Below, piece by piece: positions 36,660-50,017 of a stretch of DNA of 64,000 nt. The position numbers were made by a program, and so were the translations under genes. Numbering within the stretch: position 1 is the stretch's first letter; the number at the start of each line of letters is the position of its first letter. The DNA comes from Octopus sinensis. Taxonomy: Eukaryota. The stretch covers positions 4,030,001-4,094,000 of the forward strand of contig NC_042997.1 in the NCBI RefSeq assembly GCF_006345805.1. The letters run 5' to 3'. The notes beneath the pieces are model-generated. The model ran no database searches. It was not told the DNA's origin and worked only from the letters and a program-made list of their open reading frames with translations.

Positions 36660-37809
36660 TGCTGCTTAGTGCTCATAGTCACTTTAGTGATCTATATATT
36701 TCTGCATTTAGATTGTAAAATTGCGAATAAACCACCCATATTATTTCTAATTTTCACTTTTCTCCTTTATGAAATCGGCGTATGATTTCAATAGAAATCC
36801 TATCAACTGAAATGGCCGAGCTGATTTCAACCCTAGGCGCAGTGAGAGCCACTAATGACCATCAAAAATCGTTTATCATCAAAATCCGACGTAATCGATG
36901 ATTTGGCTTTATCTGCGCCCGTTGGGAGGCTACCTCACTTGTTAGTCATTAAGATATTGCTACTGTAGCTATCGATCTTTTTGACACTTATTTCTAGCAA
37001 TACTTGTGCTTGTTATTGCCCTTTGTCACTTTAATTATGTATATACTTCTGCGACAAACCATTCTGAAAGTTTAACTGGGCCTATTTTCTCATGTTATGG
37101 ATGTAAAGTATGTCTGTAGACATGATGTAATTGGGCAAATGTCGATATTTAGTTCGGCGAATGATCATCCTTTATAAATGCAGGTACATGAATAGATGCG
37201 TCTAACTGATCGCTGCATCAGGATTTTAGGACTTTGGAAATGAGATATGGCAATTAACTGAATAATTAGACAATCGTAACGTGAGGAGACGTAAGTTGTA
37301 TTAGATGGGATGATGTGAGCATATATAAATATATCGTTAGAGACACAAGAGAAAACAAGGTATTAAGACCAAAACAGAAAGTAAATATTTAGGTTCGGGG
37401 ATGCCATCGTGTATATATATATGGATGATAAATCATTTCGAAATTTAAGCATGAGCAATAATAACATCTTTAAAATTTTATCCTAAAAGAAAGAAAACCT
37501 AACGATTCACGTAAAAAATATCTCTTAATAACTTATTGGATAACAAGAAAATATGGTCAACAAACGAAATACAGAGAATTGTCTTTCTTTATACCGTCAA
37601 CGCTTTTCTAAGTCGATATTTCACTTACAGTATTAGTATTAATTCAATAATATGTAGCCCATAAACTTAAAATTTCGTTACTGTTGAATTACGTCTATTT
37701 CGGCCCTCGAGACGTTATGCATGTATTTTCGATCGCCTTGATAATTTTTTTTAACATATATTTTCGGATATTTTAATACCATATATATATATAATATATA
37801 TATATATAT

Positions 37810-37852
<43 letters not shown>

Positions 37853-37854
<2 letters not shown>

Positions 37855-37998
37855 ATTGTTATATTTCGGAATGGTCATATTGCCAGTTTAGCCAATAAAA
37901 ACACACGCACTATATATTTGGTATTATTTTGCTTCAGTGATATTTATTTTTTACATTAATCTTAATCTTATTTCGGCCATTCCGAAATATAACAATAT
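37853..37998. mobile_element. 146-bp MITE-like element with 24-bp terminal inverted repeats
   Basis: atattgttatatttcggaatggtc versus ggccattccgaaatataacaatat (23/24 match); adjacent to (TA)n. Confidence 0.75.
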
Positions 37999-38056
37999 CT
38001 GTTTCAACACACGACTTCACATAAAAAATCTTGCACAAAAATATTTAAACGTATAT

Positions 38057-38133
<77 letters not shown>

Positions 38134-38290
38134 AAAGTAGGTGAATGAATTATCCTATGTTTATCATCAGCATGGAAAATTCGTTTAACCGAAACCTGGC
38201 TAGCAAATTCACGTCAGAAGCACGGTTGAAGCGACCTGTCAAGTGTAGAAACTCCGGGTTCATGTGCAGAAATGTGTGTGTTGCATATGA

Positions 38291-38647
38291 ATAAATGAAA
38301 GAATGGAGTCGAACGAAGATGTTACAAAATTCCTTTATTCTCGACATATGTTTCGAAGACAGCATGCTTTCATTCCAAAGGAATAAAGGGTGCATTATGC
38401 AATATTCTCATCAGGAAAGAAAGGAAGCCTCTCTCGACAACAAGACAAACATCGCTTTGTTTACCATGTAGGAAATCATCGAATTTTTTGTCTGTCTTGT
38501 ATTCGAGAGAGACTCCCTTTCTTTCCTGATGAGAATATTGCATAATGCACCCTATATTCCTTTGGAATGAAAACATGTTGACATCGAAACATATGTCGAG
38601 AGTAAAGGAATTTTGTTAACATCTTCATTCGACTCCATTCTTTCATT

Positions 38648-38650
<3 letters not shown>
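38291..38650. mobile_element. 360-bp palindrome with a hammerhead-like motif on each strand (family D)
   Basis: Arms of ~160 bp. Plus strand 38521-38602: ctttc-CTGATGA-[53 nt]-GAAAC-atat-GTC-gagag. The mirror motif is at 38338-38419 on the minus strand. Confidence 0.8.
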
Positions 38651-38727
<77 letters not shown>

Positions 38728-38729
38728 AT

Positions 38730-38768
<39 letters not shown>

Positions 38769-38849
38769 GATAGAGAGAAGGCTAAATTATCACCATATAT
38801 GTTAATTTAGCGCAAGCATATTATTTTTTTTTATTTTGTCGACTACACG

Positions 38850-39798
38850 GTATACTAGTGTCAGTTGTACACTGTGAGAAACAGTACAATTACGCATTTC
38901 TGTCTACCAGAAATTTGGAAAACTTCATTCATTACTGATTGACATTCGCACCGGAAACTCCAATATGCACAGACGGGGAATACACAGAGAACAACATTTG
39001 GCTTGCGTGCCACTAATACATTGTTCCGAGAGTGATGAAAAACAAACATCCAGTCAACAACATGGTGTTTGGTGTGATCACTAGTCATGGCTACGTCATC
39101 CCTCTAGTTAACTTCCCACACGGCCTCAGACTCAACACAGACGCCTACATCAAGTGCCTGGCGGAGGCAGTGCTGGGACAGGTGGGTGGCTGCTGAGAGA
39201 CCGTATGTCTGGCAACAAGAATCTGCAGCATGCAACACACGAAGGAGGACCCAGTCGTGGCTGTCAAACATTTTCTGCGATAATTTCACCCAAACATCTG
39301 GCTTCCAAACCCCCCAGACTGCAACCACCTTGATTATTACGTGCAGGGCGCAGTTGAGTGAGAGACCAAAAAGACTCATTGTAACATAAAACCAGACCTG
39401 AAGGCAAGGATTATGGCATCATTCACCAACTTACAAAAAGTAGGGTGTCCAGAACAGTGGCAGGAGATTGCAAATTCGTCAGGAGGCCTTGGTTGAAGCT
39501 AATGACGATTTTATTAAATAAATGTACGAAGGAGGCGAAATGCTTAGCCAAGGTCGACTTTACTTTTTATATTTCGGGGTCGATAAATTAAGTACCAGTT
39601 GCGTACAGTAGTCGATCTAATCGACTGGCAACTCCCCAAAAGTTTCGGGCCGTGAGCCTGGAGTAGAAATGATTAAATACACTAACTCTTTAGTATTTCA
39701 AGATATCGTAATGTAATTTTGGTAAATATATATGTTAAAATGAGATGTGTGTGTTATTTTCATTTTTGCGTAATATAGACGACATTTTATTGTCCGCA

Positions 39799-39800
<2 letters not shown>
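38850..39800 (+). mobile_element. Tc1/mariner (maT/DD37D-like) transposase remnant
   Basis: HPVNNMVFGVITSHG…LRLNTDAYIKCL…RPYVWQQESA..NT…TQSWL…WLPNPPDCNHLDYYV (SPDLNP.DY motif), ending …LVEANDDFIK*. The 3' UTR/end continues after a SINE insertion. Confidence 0.85.
39528..39670 (+). mobile_element. Deleted tRNA-SINE nested in the mariner 3' end
   Basis: ggcgaaatgcttagc…ggtcgacttt…ggggtcgataaattaagtaccagtt. Confidence 0.75.
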
Positions 39801-39844
<44 letters not shown>

Positions 39845-40964
39845 TGTTTATAGTTGACCCGCTGTTTCAGCACCCAATCATAACGTTGCAGTGTGTGAAA
39901 CGGCTCCTCATTCGGAAAATGCGTTCCCTGTCATTGTTAACATGTGAAGTCAGAGTAGTAGGCCTGTAAAGTTTAGCATCAGTTCTGCTTCCTCTTTTGC
40001 GGACTAACGATATTATACACTTTTTATCATGTTGGGAAGTATTCCACGTGAAAAGAAACTCTTAACATGTATCTGTAGTACTTATGCAAGTTTTGAGGAG
40101 AACAGACGGAAATCCATCCGGAATCGTAGCTGGGTGTGAGTAGATCTCATGAATAGCCGCTTAAATTTCGATGTAATCAATGGTTGCCTATTTCCCATGC
40201 AGGTCTGCAATTTTGGAGAAATTTTAGATTTACCTACTTGCCACTTGCTCAGTAGTGTAAAGAAAATAGTCTGGAATTGTTTGTTTAGTACTTCACTTAT
40301 TTTCTTGGGTTGTGCAGTTAGAAAGCGATCTTCTTCAAACTATGACACTAACTTGCAGTGTACTGAGGTAGTGTCATTCGCCATATTGTAGAATGCTTTA
40401 GGATATGTTTTTATATATTCCAAAGCCCTCGTTTCTCTTTTCAAACTTGCCCCTCAATCCTTTTACTATATCTATATAAAAACATGAATATTTGTGTGTG
40501 TATTCGTGTGTGTGTGTTTCTCTGTGTGTGTGTGTGAGTGTGTGTGTGTGCGCACGCGAGTTGGACAAAAATGTGTACACGTTACGTAAAAATTTAAAGC
40601 AAATTCTTGGGTTGAATTTCACAACGAACACAATGGAAGTATACCGGATTCTCTAGCGGACTTCCCAAGGTAGTTACTGGACCATTTCGAATATGTACTT
40701 ATTGCAGTTCTACGGGCTTGAAAAGGTTAAGAACTGAAAGCGCTTGCGTATCTATAAACATACATGTTGTGAAATCTCTTCCCAAAGATTAGTGTCTTTT
40801 GACTTTCTAAAAAGGTTATTTTCCCAATTTTCCCAATCTTAACTATTCGAGAAAATATCTTCTCTCTATCTATCTCTCGCCCTCCCTCTCTTTCCCTCTC
40901 CCTCTCTATCTATCTCTCTATATATATATGTATATGGGTCTCTTAAAAAGCACCATTCAAGCGA

Positions 40965-41175
40965 CGTCGATGCGATTACGCCTGACTTGCTCTCGTGCCG
41001 ATGGCACGTAAAAAGCCCCCACTAACTCTCTGATTGGTTGGCGTTAGGAAGGGCATCCAGCTGTAGAAACTTTGCCAGATCAAACTAGAGCCTGATGCAA
41101 CCTTCTTGCTTATTAGCCCTCAGTCAGAACTTCCAACCCATGCTAGCATGTAAGGCGGACATTAAAAGACTACGA
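40965..41175 (+). mobile_element. SINE 3' portion with a conserved central domain
   Basis: ttggcgttaggaagggcatccagctgtagaaac…ccaacccatgctagcatg..ggcggacattaaa, a widespread metazoan SINE core/tail signature. Family not assigned. Confidence 0.6.
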
Positions 41176-43169
41176 TTATATATATATGTATATATATATA
41201 TGCATACACAAGGGTTTTAAGTTTGTTGAGACATGTTTGTCACATATTTCAACTGCTAAATCTCTTTTACAAAAAAGAGGCGTGAAAACGCCCAGTTCGT
41301 TTAGTGCCACCATCTAACGGGAATCTCATACATTGATAGTTCTAGTTGTTGACTCTAGTCAAAGAGATGTACCTAAGAGGGGCAGCGCTGAAAGAACTTA
41401 ATAAAGTTGTAGCTTTTTTACGTTCCAGTTTATTTCTTGGCTACTTAGACTATAAAGCACAATATTTATAATAACGAGAATGAAGCGAATAAAGAATTTG
41501 AAAATTCAGATTTTATGTTTCGATCGAACCAATTCCATTTTCTTACATATTCATACGCAGTGATTTATGCATTTTTACTAAGCTCTTTAGGGCTTATTAC
41601 GATGAAGAATTATCCTCCGCTATTGGCTTTAATTAGACTTGGTATTAGTAAACCGTGAAATTTACCCATAAGATGCTTTTTCTCATTTGTTTATCGGGTA
41701 AATTCAGTACCAGCAGCCTGTTGAAATTCGCTCAAGGTCTTCGACGGGCGGGGAAGGGTTGCTTATAGAACAGGTATTTCTGTTTGATTCTACATACTTT
41801 ATAGCCACAAGTTATTTTGATAAATCTCAAAGTTGATTACATTTTAAATTTTACCCTGAATCCTTCTGCTAATGACGAAATGTATACACTAAATACAGAT
41901 TATTACACTTCAGTTCTAGAAAAACGGTATAGTGGAAATAATTGAGAATTTGTAAAATGAATAACATTGAAGATAAACATATTGCGCAATTTAACTAGCG
42001 AACTAACGATAATAATAGGATTACTAATTCTAATAACAAAAATAAATATCATGGAAATAAAACTAAAGTGGATTGGAATATTAGCAATAAATATAAGGTT
42101 AATGATTGTAACAATAATATAAATAAAAGCTATAAACTTACTAACGAAAAACTGATGTGTAACCACGAGCGCAATGATTTAATGAATGATAGCATAATAC
42201 AAATTTCTAATACTAATTTAAAGATTATAACAGTGACTCTAACACCCGATCTAAATCAACTAATAAAAAAATACAATAAGAATAAAGTTCAACACACAAA
42301 AAAAAACATTAGTACAATAAGAAAGAATGTATAAACCTTTACCCCGAACATAACCCTAATTACAAGCCAAACTAGAAAAGCACTCGGAGAGCGCAGACCT
42401 CCGCCAATCAGCTCATTTCCACTCATATACATGCATACTGAAAATTGCACGACCAACGCCGGCAAAACCTAGCAGATATACTATTTTATCCTACTCCCAT
42501 AATTATCTCGATTATCATCACAATCAATATCGTATCTGCTTTCACCAAAATCACCGTCAAAACTATGATCACTACAATCACCGTGAAAACTACGATCCCC
42601 ACAAGTAGTTTATTTACACAGTTTAAAATCCGTTATCCGATACACATGGGACCGAGATTGTTGCAGATTTTTTGATTTTTCTAATTTCTGATTGCTTTAT
42701 TAAAACCATATCTATACACAATAGCTTATAGACATACACTGAATGTACTTCTATATAAATCTTTAATATTTTTTTTATACTTAAGACCATCAGAAATGTT
42801 AATATATCAGCCTCTAAACATGTTGTCATGCTTTGACTAAAAGGTTACAGTATAGGTTAGATTACTTAGCTAACTTTCGTTGGAATGCAGTGAAGTAACT
42901 GTCCCCCTTTATGTCTATTTGGCATAATGTTGAAGAGAGCAGGGCCAATTGAGGTGAAATAGTTCTGTCATAGTGTTGTGATACAACACGGGCCTTTCTG
43001 TATTTGACGGGTGGCGCGAGATCCAAGCCTCGGACGAATTTTAAAGATGGGAAATATTGATGTAATATTTTCCACATCATATGGATGATATAGATCTCAC
43101 CGCAGCGTTGGAGGGAGCAAAGCTTGAAAGTTTGAATCGATGCCAATAGTCAAGGCTTGTCATGTAATC

Positions 43170-43556
43170 CTCCGCGGACCTCCGCCAAGCAGGACATTTT
43201 AAGATATATACGCGAGTAAAATTACTAAAAGAGAAACGAAAATAAACTTTAGAAACAACAACGCTAACATGTGTTACGTGGAAATGATGAACGTGTTTTC
43301 AAGGGAGATAATGAAAGAACGTAAGAGCAATACTTCATGTAAAATAAATATTACAAATGGAAAATCCTTCAAGAATCCCTAAAATTCCCGTATCACTATC
43401 ATAATTTCACCATCTGTTTCTTGTGTTATTACCAACGTTTCCTGTAAGCTTCATCAAATACCGTTCACAAATGTTTGAGTTATTTTGCACACAGACAGAC
43501 TGATGGAAAAACTAACGCTGATGAAAATATACCCTACTTCCTTGGAGGAGGTAATT
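43170..43556 (+). mobile_element. Helentron-associated (HINE/DINE-1-like) non-autonomous element
   Basis: Subterminal inverted repeats acctccgccaag (43178-43189) and cttggaggaggt (43541-43552), with internal cagacagac. A second 5' end, aactagaaaagcactcggagagcgcagacctccgccaa, lies at ~42369-42407. Confidence 0.55.
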
Positions 43557-44099
43557 ATAAATAAAAAAATTGTTCTAAAGTTATGGACTGGATGATAATC
43601 TCTATCACTTGCATGTTAAATCTAAAATTCCTAGAGTGTTCTCTGAGGCACCGGATATTTTTTCTTTCCGGTAACGAATACATACAGTAATAAATTTAAT
43701 AATCTAAAAATCACATCCCCGTTCACAAACCCTAAAAATTTAGATCAAGTTATAGCCACCCACAGCACGAAACACTTTTCAAAAACACAGGACAGTAACA
43801 TTCATAATAATGAAAACAAATTAAAGATGATAATAGTAATACCAATTTTAAAAGCGATACTAAGATACTTAATCCAAATTATATTTAAATCACCACTTAG
43901 AAATTGAATAATAATTAAATGAAAAGTCCTCGATTAAATAATTCTATAAAGTCTATAAGTAATAGCCAGGCAGACATGGTGACTAGAAAGAAAACAAAAC
44001 GACTATTATTGAAACAATAATATTGAAGGCAATCAGTAAAAACATAAAACATAAACAAACATTTTAAAATCTATAAGTAAAAATATAAATAATTTTATA

Positions 44100-44400
44100 A
44101 ATGGAAAAAGTGGTTTCGCTAGGTGAATACAATGCAAATTTTAAAATAACTGTAAAGTAAGAAACACCTTCTATAGACGTATAATCACAACAGATAAAAA
44201 TAAATATTGCTATAAGTGGTGCTACCTCATGATTTATAAAACAAAGAATAGAAAATCATGAGAGTTCGTTTAGGAAAAATACCAGAAAATGTTCAACAAT
44301 TCATAGCAAACATATATGGTTGCTTAAAGATGAAAATGTTAAATATTCATTTCAATTCGACGTTATTAGTACAACGAAACCTTATCAAACAGGGGGACTA
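44100..44400 (+). mobile_element. Penelope-like GIY-YIG endonuclease remnant
   Basis: ISGATS*FIKQRIENHESSFRKNTRKCSTIHSKHIWLLKDENVKYSFQFDVISTTKPYQTG matches the PLE 'F K.R..NH..SF…ST.LS..IW.LK…W.I…KPY' pattern. Confidence 0.65.
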
Positions 44401-44476
44401 CGGGCATATGGCGTAGTGATTAAGAGTGCGGGCTACTAACTCCAAGAATCCAAGTTTGATTCCAAGCACTGACCTG

Positions 44477-44480
<4 letters not shown>
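44400..44480 (+). mobile_element. Short tRNA-derived SINE head followed by (ACT)n(AAT)n
   Basis: A box TGGCGTAGTGA, B-box-like GTTTGATTCC; paralogue at 59270. Confidence 0.6.
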
Positions 44481-44542
<62 letters not shown>

Positions 44543-44684
44543 GCTACTACTACTACTACTACTACTACTACTAATAATAATAATAATAATACTACTAATA
44601 ATAATAATAATTATTATAAAATCAATAATAATAATAATAATAATGATAATAATAATAATAATAATAATAAAAATAATAATAATG

Positions 44685-44997
44685 ACAGCGAAAGGGGCTG
44701 ATTGCTACATAAGTCAGATACCAGGAAACCCCAAAATGGCAGAAATTCAAAAGATAGTGCTCATTGGAACTGCTCATATCCTACGCAAAATACTCTCTAT
44801 GTAATCCCAAGGTTTAAAACAAACTCTTTTTTTAAATTTATTTATTAGACATTCACTAGTACAACACCAAAACAACCCAAATATATGGCACACTAGGCAT
44901 AACAACAACGTGAACTTCCAACCTGCTGTCTCTTGAGGTCTCTGGGTGAGACTTGGAGCTAACTTGTACAGAGATAAAGTAAAAGTCAAACATAGAA
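44685..44997 (+). mobile_element. R4/Dong-type LINE 3' end in (AAT)n
   Basis: AKGADCYISQIPGNPKMAEIQKIVLIGTAHILRKILSM*, then a 3'UTR and an (AAT/AAC)n tail. Confidence 0.85.
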
Positions 44998-45605
44998 TAA
45001 TAATAATAATAATAATAACAACAACAACAACAACAACGAATATATAACTTAGGTAATGAGAACGCAGGTTCGAAATTTGCCCAAGACAAATTACTCACTA
45101 GGTACCCAGTAATACTACTAATAACCTTCACAAATGACAAATAGTATAATCAACTCTGAAATCCATCAAAATAACTAGTGATTATAGAATATGTGGAATA
45201 AATGAAAAATAAGTATTCTATACGTTACCACACGCCGCCTAGCCAATAATATTTTCTAAATTCAACAAACACTGCTGCTCCTGACACGGAATTTTATCCA
45301 ATTAAATAATTTGGAAAAAAATATCACGTGGAAGTTTGTCATTGTTTAATACTACTAAAGGGCCTAATTTAAACGAATATTGAAGGATAATTCATCTTCG
45401 AAAAATGTCATATATGCCCTAAAGTGTTCATACAAATAATGCATACATTGCTGCATATTAACATGCAACAATATGAGGTTAGTTCGATCGAAACACGTTT
45501 CGGATTATTATCAAGAATAAATTAGCTGGAAATAAATATTAGATTGATCATTTTTTTAAGTTTTCTCATTCCCCATATATATATATATATACATTCCCCA
45601 TATAT

Positions 45606-45679
<74 letters not shown>

Positions 45680-45683
<4 letters not shown>

Positions 45684-46175
45684 CTCACCATTATCCACAC
45701 TAACTTTGCCAAGCACGTTCTGTGAACCGAGCATCAGCTCTCTGCTCCCGCACCCGCTTCCCCATCTTCCGTCTCCCGTTTACCCTCACCTACCACCCCA
45801 CAACCTTACTTTTCCAACGCACCATTCTCTGAGACTTTCAGCGACTCCATTCCGAACACTCCTCTCCTTCAAACGAGCCCACAACCCACGAGATCTCTTG
45901 GTCCACAACTTCTTCGCTAACCCAACCTCACAAACCGGCTCGTTCCCTGCACCCCTACGCAGCTGCACTTGCTCTTACCTTTCCAACACAACCCTCTTCA
46001 TCAGCACCCATCATCGACCGTATCATATCACCAATTCCTCACCTGCACTTCCAAAAATGTCGTCTACTTCATCTCCTGATCTCTCTGTCCTTCTCTATAC
46101 ATCGGGCAAACAGGACGCCGTTTGGCTGACCGGTTCGCAGAACAATTTCGAGACATCCGACTCGACAATGACACA
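45680..46175 (+). mobile_element. Penelope-like element 3' fragment (linker + GIY-YIG)
   Basis: LLSFKRAHNPRDLLVH…SC.TC…/[39 protein letters not shown]; (TA)n on both flanks. Confidence 0.85.
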
Positions 46176-46183
46176 CCTGCATG

Positions 46184-46265
<82 letters not shown>

Positions 46266-47122
46266 TATAGATAGATAGATATAGATATGTATATATATAT
46301 ATAAACATACATCAACCCATCATCTGACTCTCTTTCATTAAACTCTCTGATAAATAATCGCTCACGCACACAGATATACATATCAAATTTATGAGTCGGC
46401 GTGTGGTATTTTATTACGACATCTGGTATGTTTGGGATGAACGACAAAATCTAAAAACACTTCCGACTCATCAACAGTTTCAGTTATTATGAATATTAAG
46501 TCGATGATTGAAATCTCAATAATATTTGATAAGGTTCTGTTAGAGTGCAGCTGGTCTAATCATGTGCAGTTATTGTTTGAATACATTATATTTGAAACAC
46601 AGTTGTAATTCAATTAATATTGGATAATTTCATATAAAAAATTAACATAATATAAGTTTCTATATTTTTATTTAGAATAACAGAAAGGATGTACTAAAAT
46701 TAAGCATGGATATATAAACACTTTTTTACATCCATCAAAAGAATTTATTTTTCATCGTACAGGTATTCATGAACCTCAACACAACACATTACTGATACAG
46801 CACGGTGGGTGGAGGTGCGTTGCACCTGTTCTATATAATACACATTTGCTCACCTATACTAAGTGTATATTTGTTTAGTTTCATATCCATTTTATATGTG
46901 ATACTTTCGAATTAATCACTTCAATAATTGTCAATATTTTACTTGCATGCGAGAACATGGTTTATTCCCACCAGCAAACAGTCGTAATTCAATACCTTCA
47001 TTACTTTCACTTTGAAATTGTCTCAATCAGATATATTTTATTTAAAATATTATCCAGCATATTTATCTGGACTCCAATTTATCTGGTTTCTATCGTATTT
47101 ATATGTAGTTCTTTCATTTTAG

Positions 47123-47267
47123 TTCGAAACATTACTGCAATATATACTGTTCAAGAGTTGCAGGGGAGAATTGCAAAACTAAAAGCAGGAATGCTATTAG
47201 CAACTGTCAGATCTTTTCTGTCATCCTCTTTTTTGAAATTTGGGTTGTGAAACAATGCTGCAAGTAA
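47123..47267 (+). CDS. Candidate terminal exon encoding a 6-Cys peptide, SKHYCNIYCSRVAGENCKTKSRNAISNCQIFSVILFFEIWVVKQCCK*
   Basis: Acceptor gttctttcattttag|, stop TAA at 47265-47267, AATAAA at 47291. An alternative open frame and an alternative |gtaagg donor also exist. Confidence 0.3.
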
Positions 47268-49340
47268 GGTATGATGACTGATGCGCATGAAATAAAATAA
47301 AATCGGCTCTGATTTTCTGATAAACTTACAAACAGCTACATGCTGTACAATGTTAGACGAAATTCTCTAAATATATTTTAAAATAGCTTTATTTATTATT
47401 GCTTATGAAATACTGTCTTCGCGCATAGCTTAAGAATTGAAGAATTGGGGAAGAGACAGAAATATTGACGAAGATATCTGATTAAATAGATTGCTGATAA
47501 CACGCCTGTATTTCATAATACAAATGATTATCAATATAAATCCATAGGTCAATTGATGCCTGGTTTCCGTGCGTTTAAAAAACTATAAATTTTGAAACGG
47601 ATATTGTGATTTCTTCCGATAATGCAGCATGTTTCAGTCGTATAATATTCATATCTACATTTGAAATAAATAAAGCGTCACTGCGCAATTATCTAACCTA
47701 TCTGAAACACCGCGAACATCATACTCTATCATCTTAAAAACTTGAAGTACTGAAGTAGTGTGTAATATCTTTCAGTTAGCGTCATTTGATTTAAGTTGAT
47801 CAATGATATTTCACAAATAAACGAGCACACGTTCGATGATAGAACGATCAGGAATAGTGGGAGATAGTAGAAAGGTAATAAAAAAATATACGATTTAAGT
47901 AGTTTATGAAATCAGTTTTCATGTCCTAAATTTATACGGATCATTTATCTTCATGAAAATAAGAGTAATTATCAACCATAGAGGAATTTATGCAATAATA
48001 TCTTGGCCTCAATCAGAACCGTACTCGCTGCTATTAACATTAGCGCAGTAATCCTCATCATTATGAGCGAACACATTGCAATATATTCTGAATGTGCAAT
48101 ATATGTATCGTACCAGCTTCGTCGTCACTCAGAGATTAATATTCCTGAACATGCATTGTTCTTTCAGTTTGTGATTAATTGCCTGAAACTAACAATATGT
48201 TTTTATAGTGTGTTCAACATAAGCATCATCTTTATCATAACCGACGTCTACACCAATAACAGACACAACGTCCCTATATTTATATCGTCGTTCCCGTCGA
48301 ATTTATCTGGAAATCCGAGAAAACTTTCTTCTTTGCTGAAAGCTTCCTTTATGGTGGAGCGCTTGACGACTCTTTAGACCAATTCTTGCATTAAATGCAT
48401 TGCAATTGTGGTGTCGGAGTAGCGTTGACTTTCTCAAGCCTTTCTCTCATGTCACTTGATTTCTTCCTTTTCTCTGTTAGTGGCTTCGATTTTTTATATT
48501 TCTACAGTAAATGAACACTGCCACTTGGTAGCTCTAGGATCTGTGTTCCAAACAATTTAAGCCCCATTCCTAAGGCTTTCAGTATTGCTTCAAGTTGGTC
48601 TTCGTATCTTCGAAGTGGGCAACTCCGTGATCTTTTACTTCACTTGAGCTCACTGAATAAGACTTAGCGTAGGAACTACGACTATTGCATACTTGTTACA
48701 TATTTGTATCCATTGCAGAAAAGGAAACCCCTCTACTGCATGCATTAACTGACTACTATAAGTTGTGAAACATAGAAACAGCATGTTTCAATATGTCGCA
48801 ATCAAGCAATCACACAAGAAATGAACTTTTTTTCTTTAGTAGGCTGTAAAAAATTGAAAGTGAGTTATTTCCATTAATCCTCAAGCCGTACCAATTTGAA
48901 TCCTATTTCAATTCGGTTTCTCTTTCGTCGACAGAAATTTCGAAAGCAAATCATATATTAGTGCGAAACGTTCTTTGAAAAGGCAGGTGCAATATAAATG
49001 AAGAAAAATATTGTACTAGATTATTCTATGCAATATTACAAACGTGTATTCTATCACTTTCTGTTTACTTCGTAATATTATCCGCAAGTATCGTATGTAA
49101 TGCAGAAAGTTAAGTTAATTTTCAGAGCAAAGCTGTGAAACGGTTTTCGTAAATCGCATAAAAATCACTATCAGAAAAAAAAAATTGTATAATTCAATTA
49201 CCGCGTATAATTCAGGGCAGCACAACATTTGAAAAGTTTAGAATTTGTATATTATGATATTTCATTCATAAATACTGTCCCATTTCAATATTATATTATG
49301 TCTATCGTAGATTATATATAGCCAGTAGTAACAGTTGACA

Positions 49341-49392
<52 letters not shown>

Positions 49393-49398
<6 letters not shown>

Positions 49399-50017
49399 CA
49401 ACAATTGTTTTTTAGCTGCTATTTCTAATGAGTTCAGTATGCGGCAAAGTAATTTATTTTACTAAGCCCTTTTATATAATGTAATAATTTGAATTCGCCT
49501 TGAATGGTCCCTTTGCATACTGAACACTTGGTGAAATTGATTAATAATTAATTAATTTTGCCCTCAATTGTTGAAATTATAATTAATCTCCCTCTGATTA
49601 ATGCTTCGGATTTTACCGAAATAAGCATAGTGTTTGATGATTTTAACCCACGCTGGTGGAAAGGGGAGAACAGAGATTCTTCGCTTGCTTATTTGAATTT
49701 GCTGGCACTGTTAGTTACGAGCAGATCTTCGAAAGGGTATGTTCTTATTTTCAGTGTTTCCAAATCCAAACCAAGGAATTTCTGAGCTGATGATAGAAGT
49801 GTTGTTTTTGACTAATCTTGAAACGTACGTTCTCAAATAACCTTAGCATTGATTTTTCGATGTCCTTACCCCCAAACTTTTGTGAGTTGAATTAAGCAAA
49901 CACTATATATGAGAGAGATTTTCTTTAAGTATTAGAAATAGCTTTAAAAAAGTTTTTTAGCTGCTATTTCTAATGAGTTCAGTATGCGGCAAAGTAATTT
50001 ATTTTACTAAGCCCTTT

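Noticed and set aside
48200-48660. Coding-looking minus-strand peptides (RVVKRSTIKEAFSKEE…), sharing VKRSTI with a frame near 61720
   Set aside because: Short frames with stops and no consistent splice structure; a 6-aa match is expected by chance in 64 kb.
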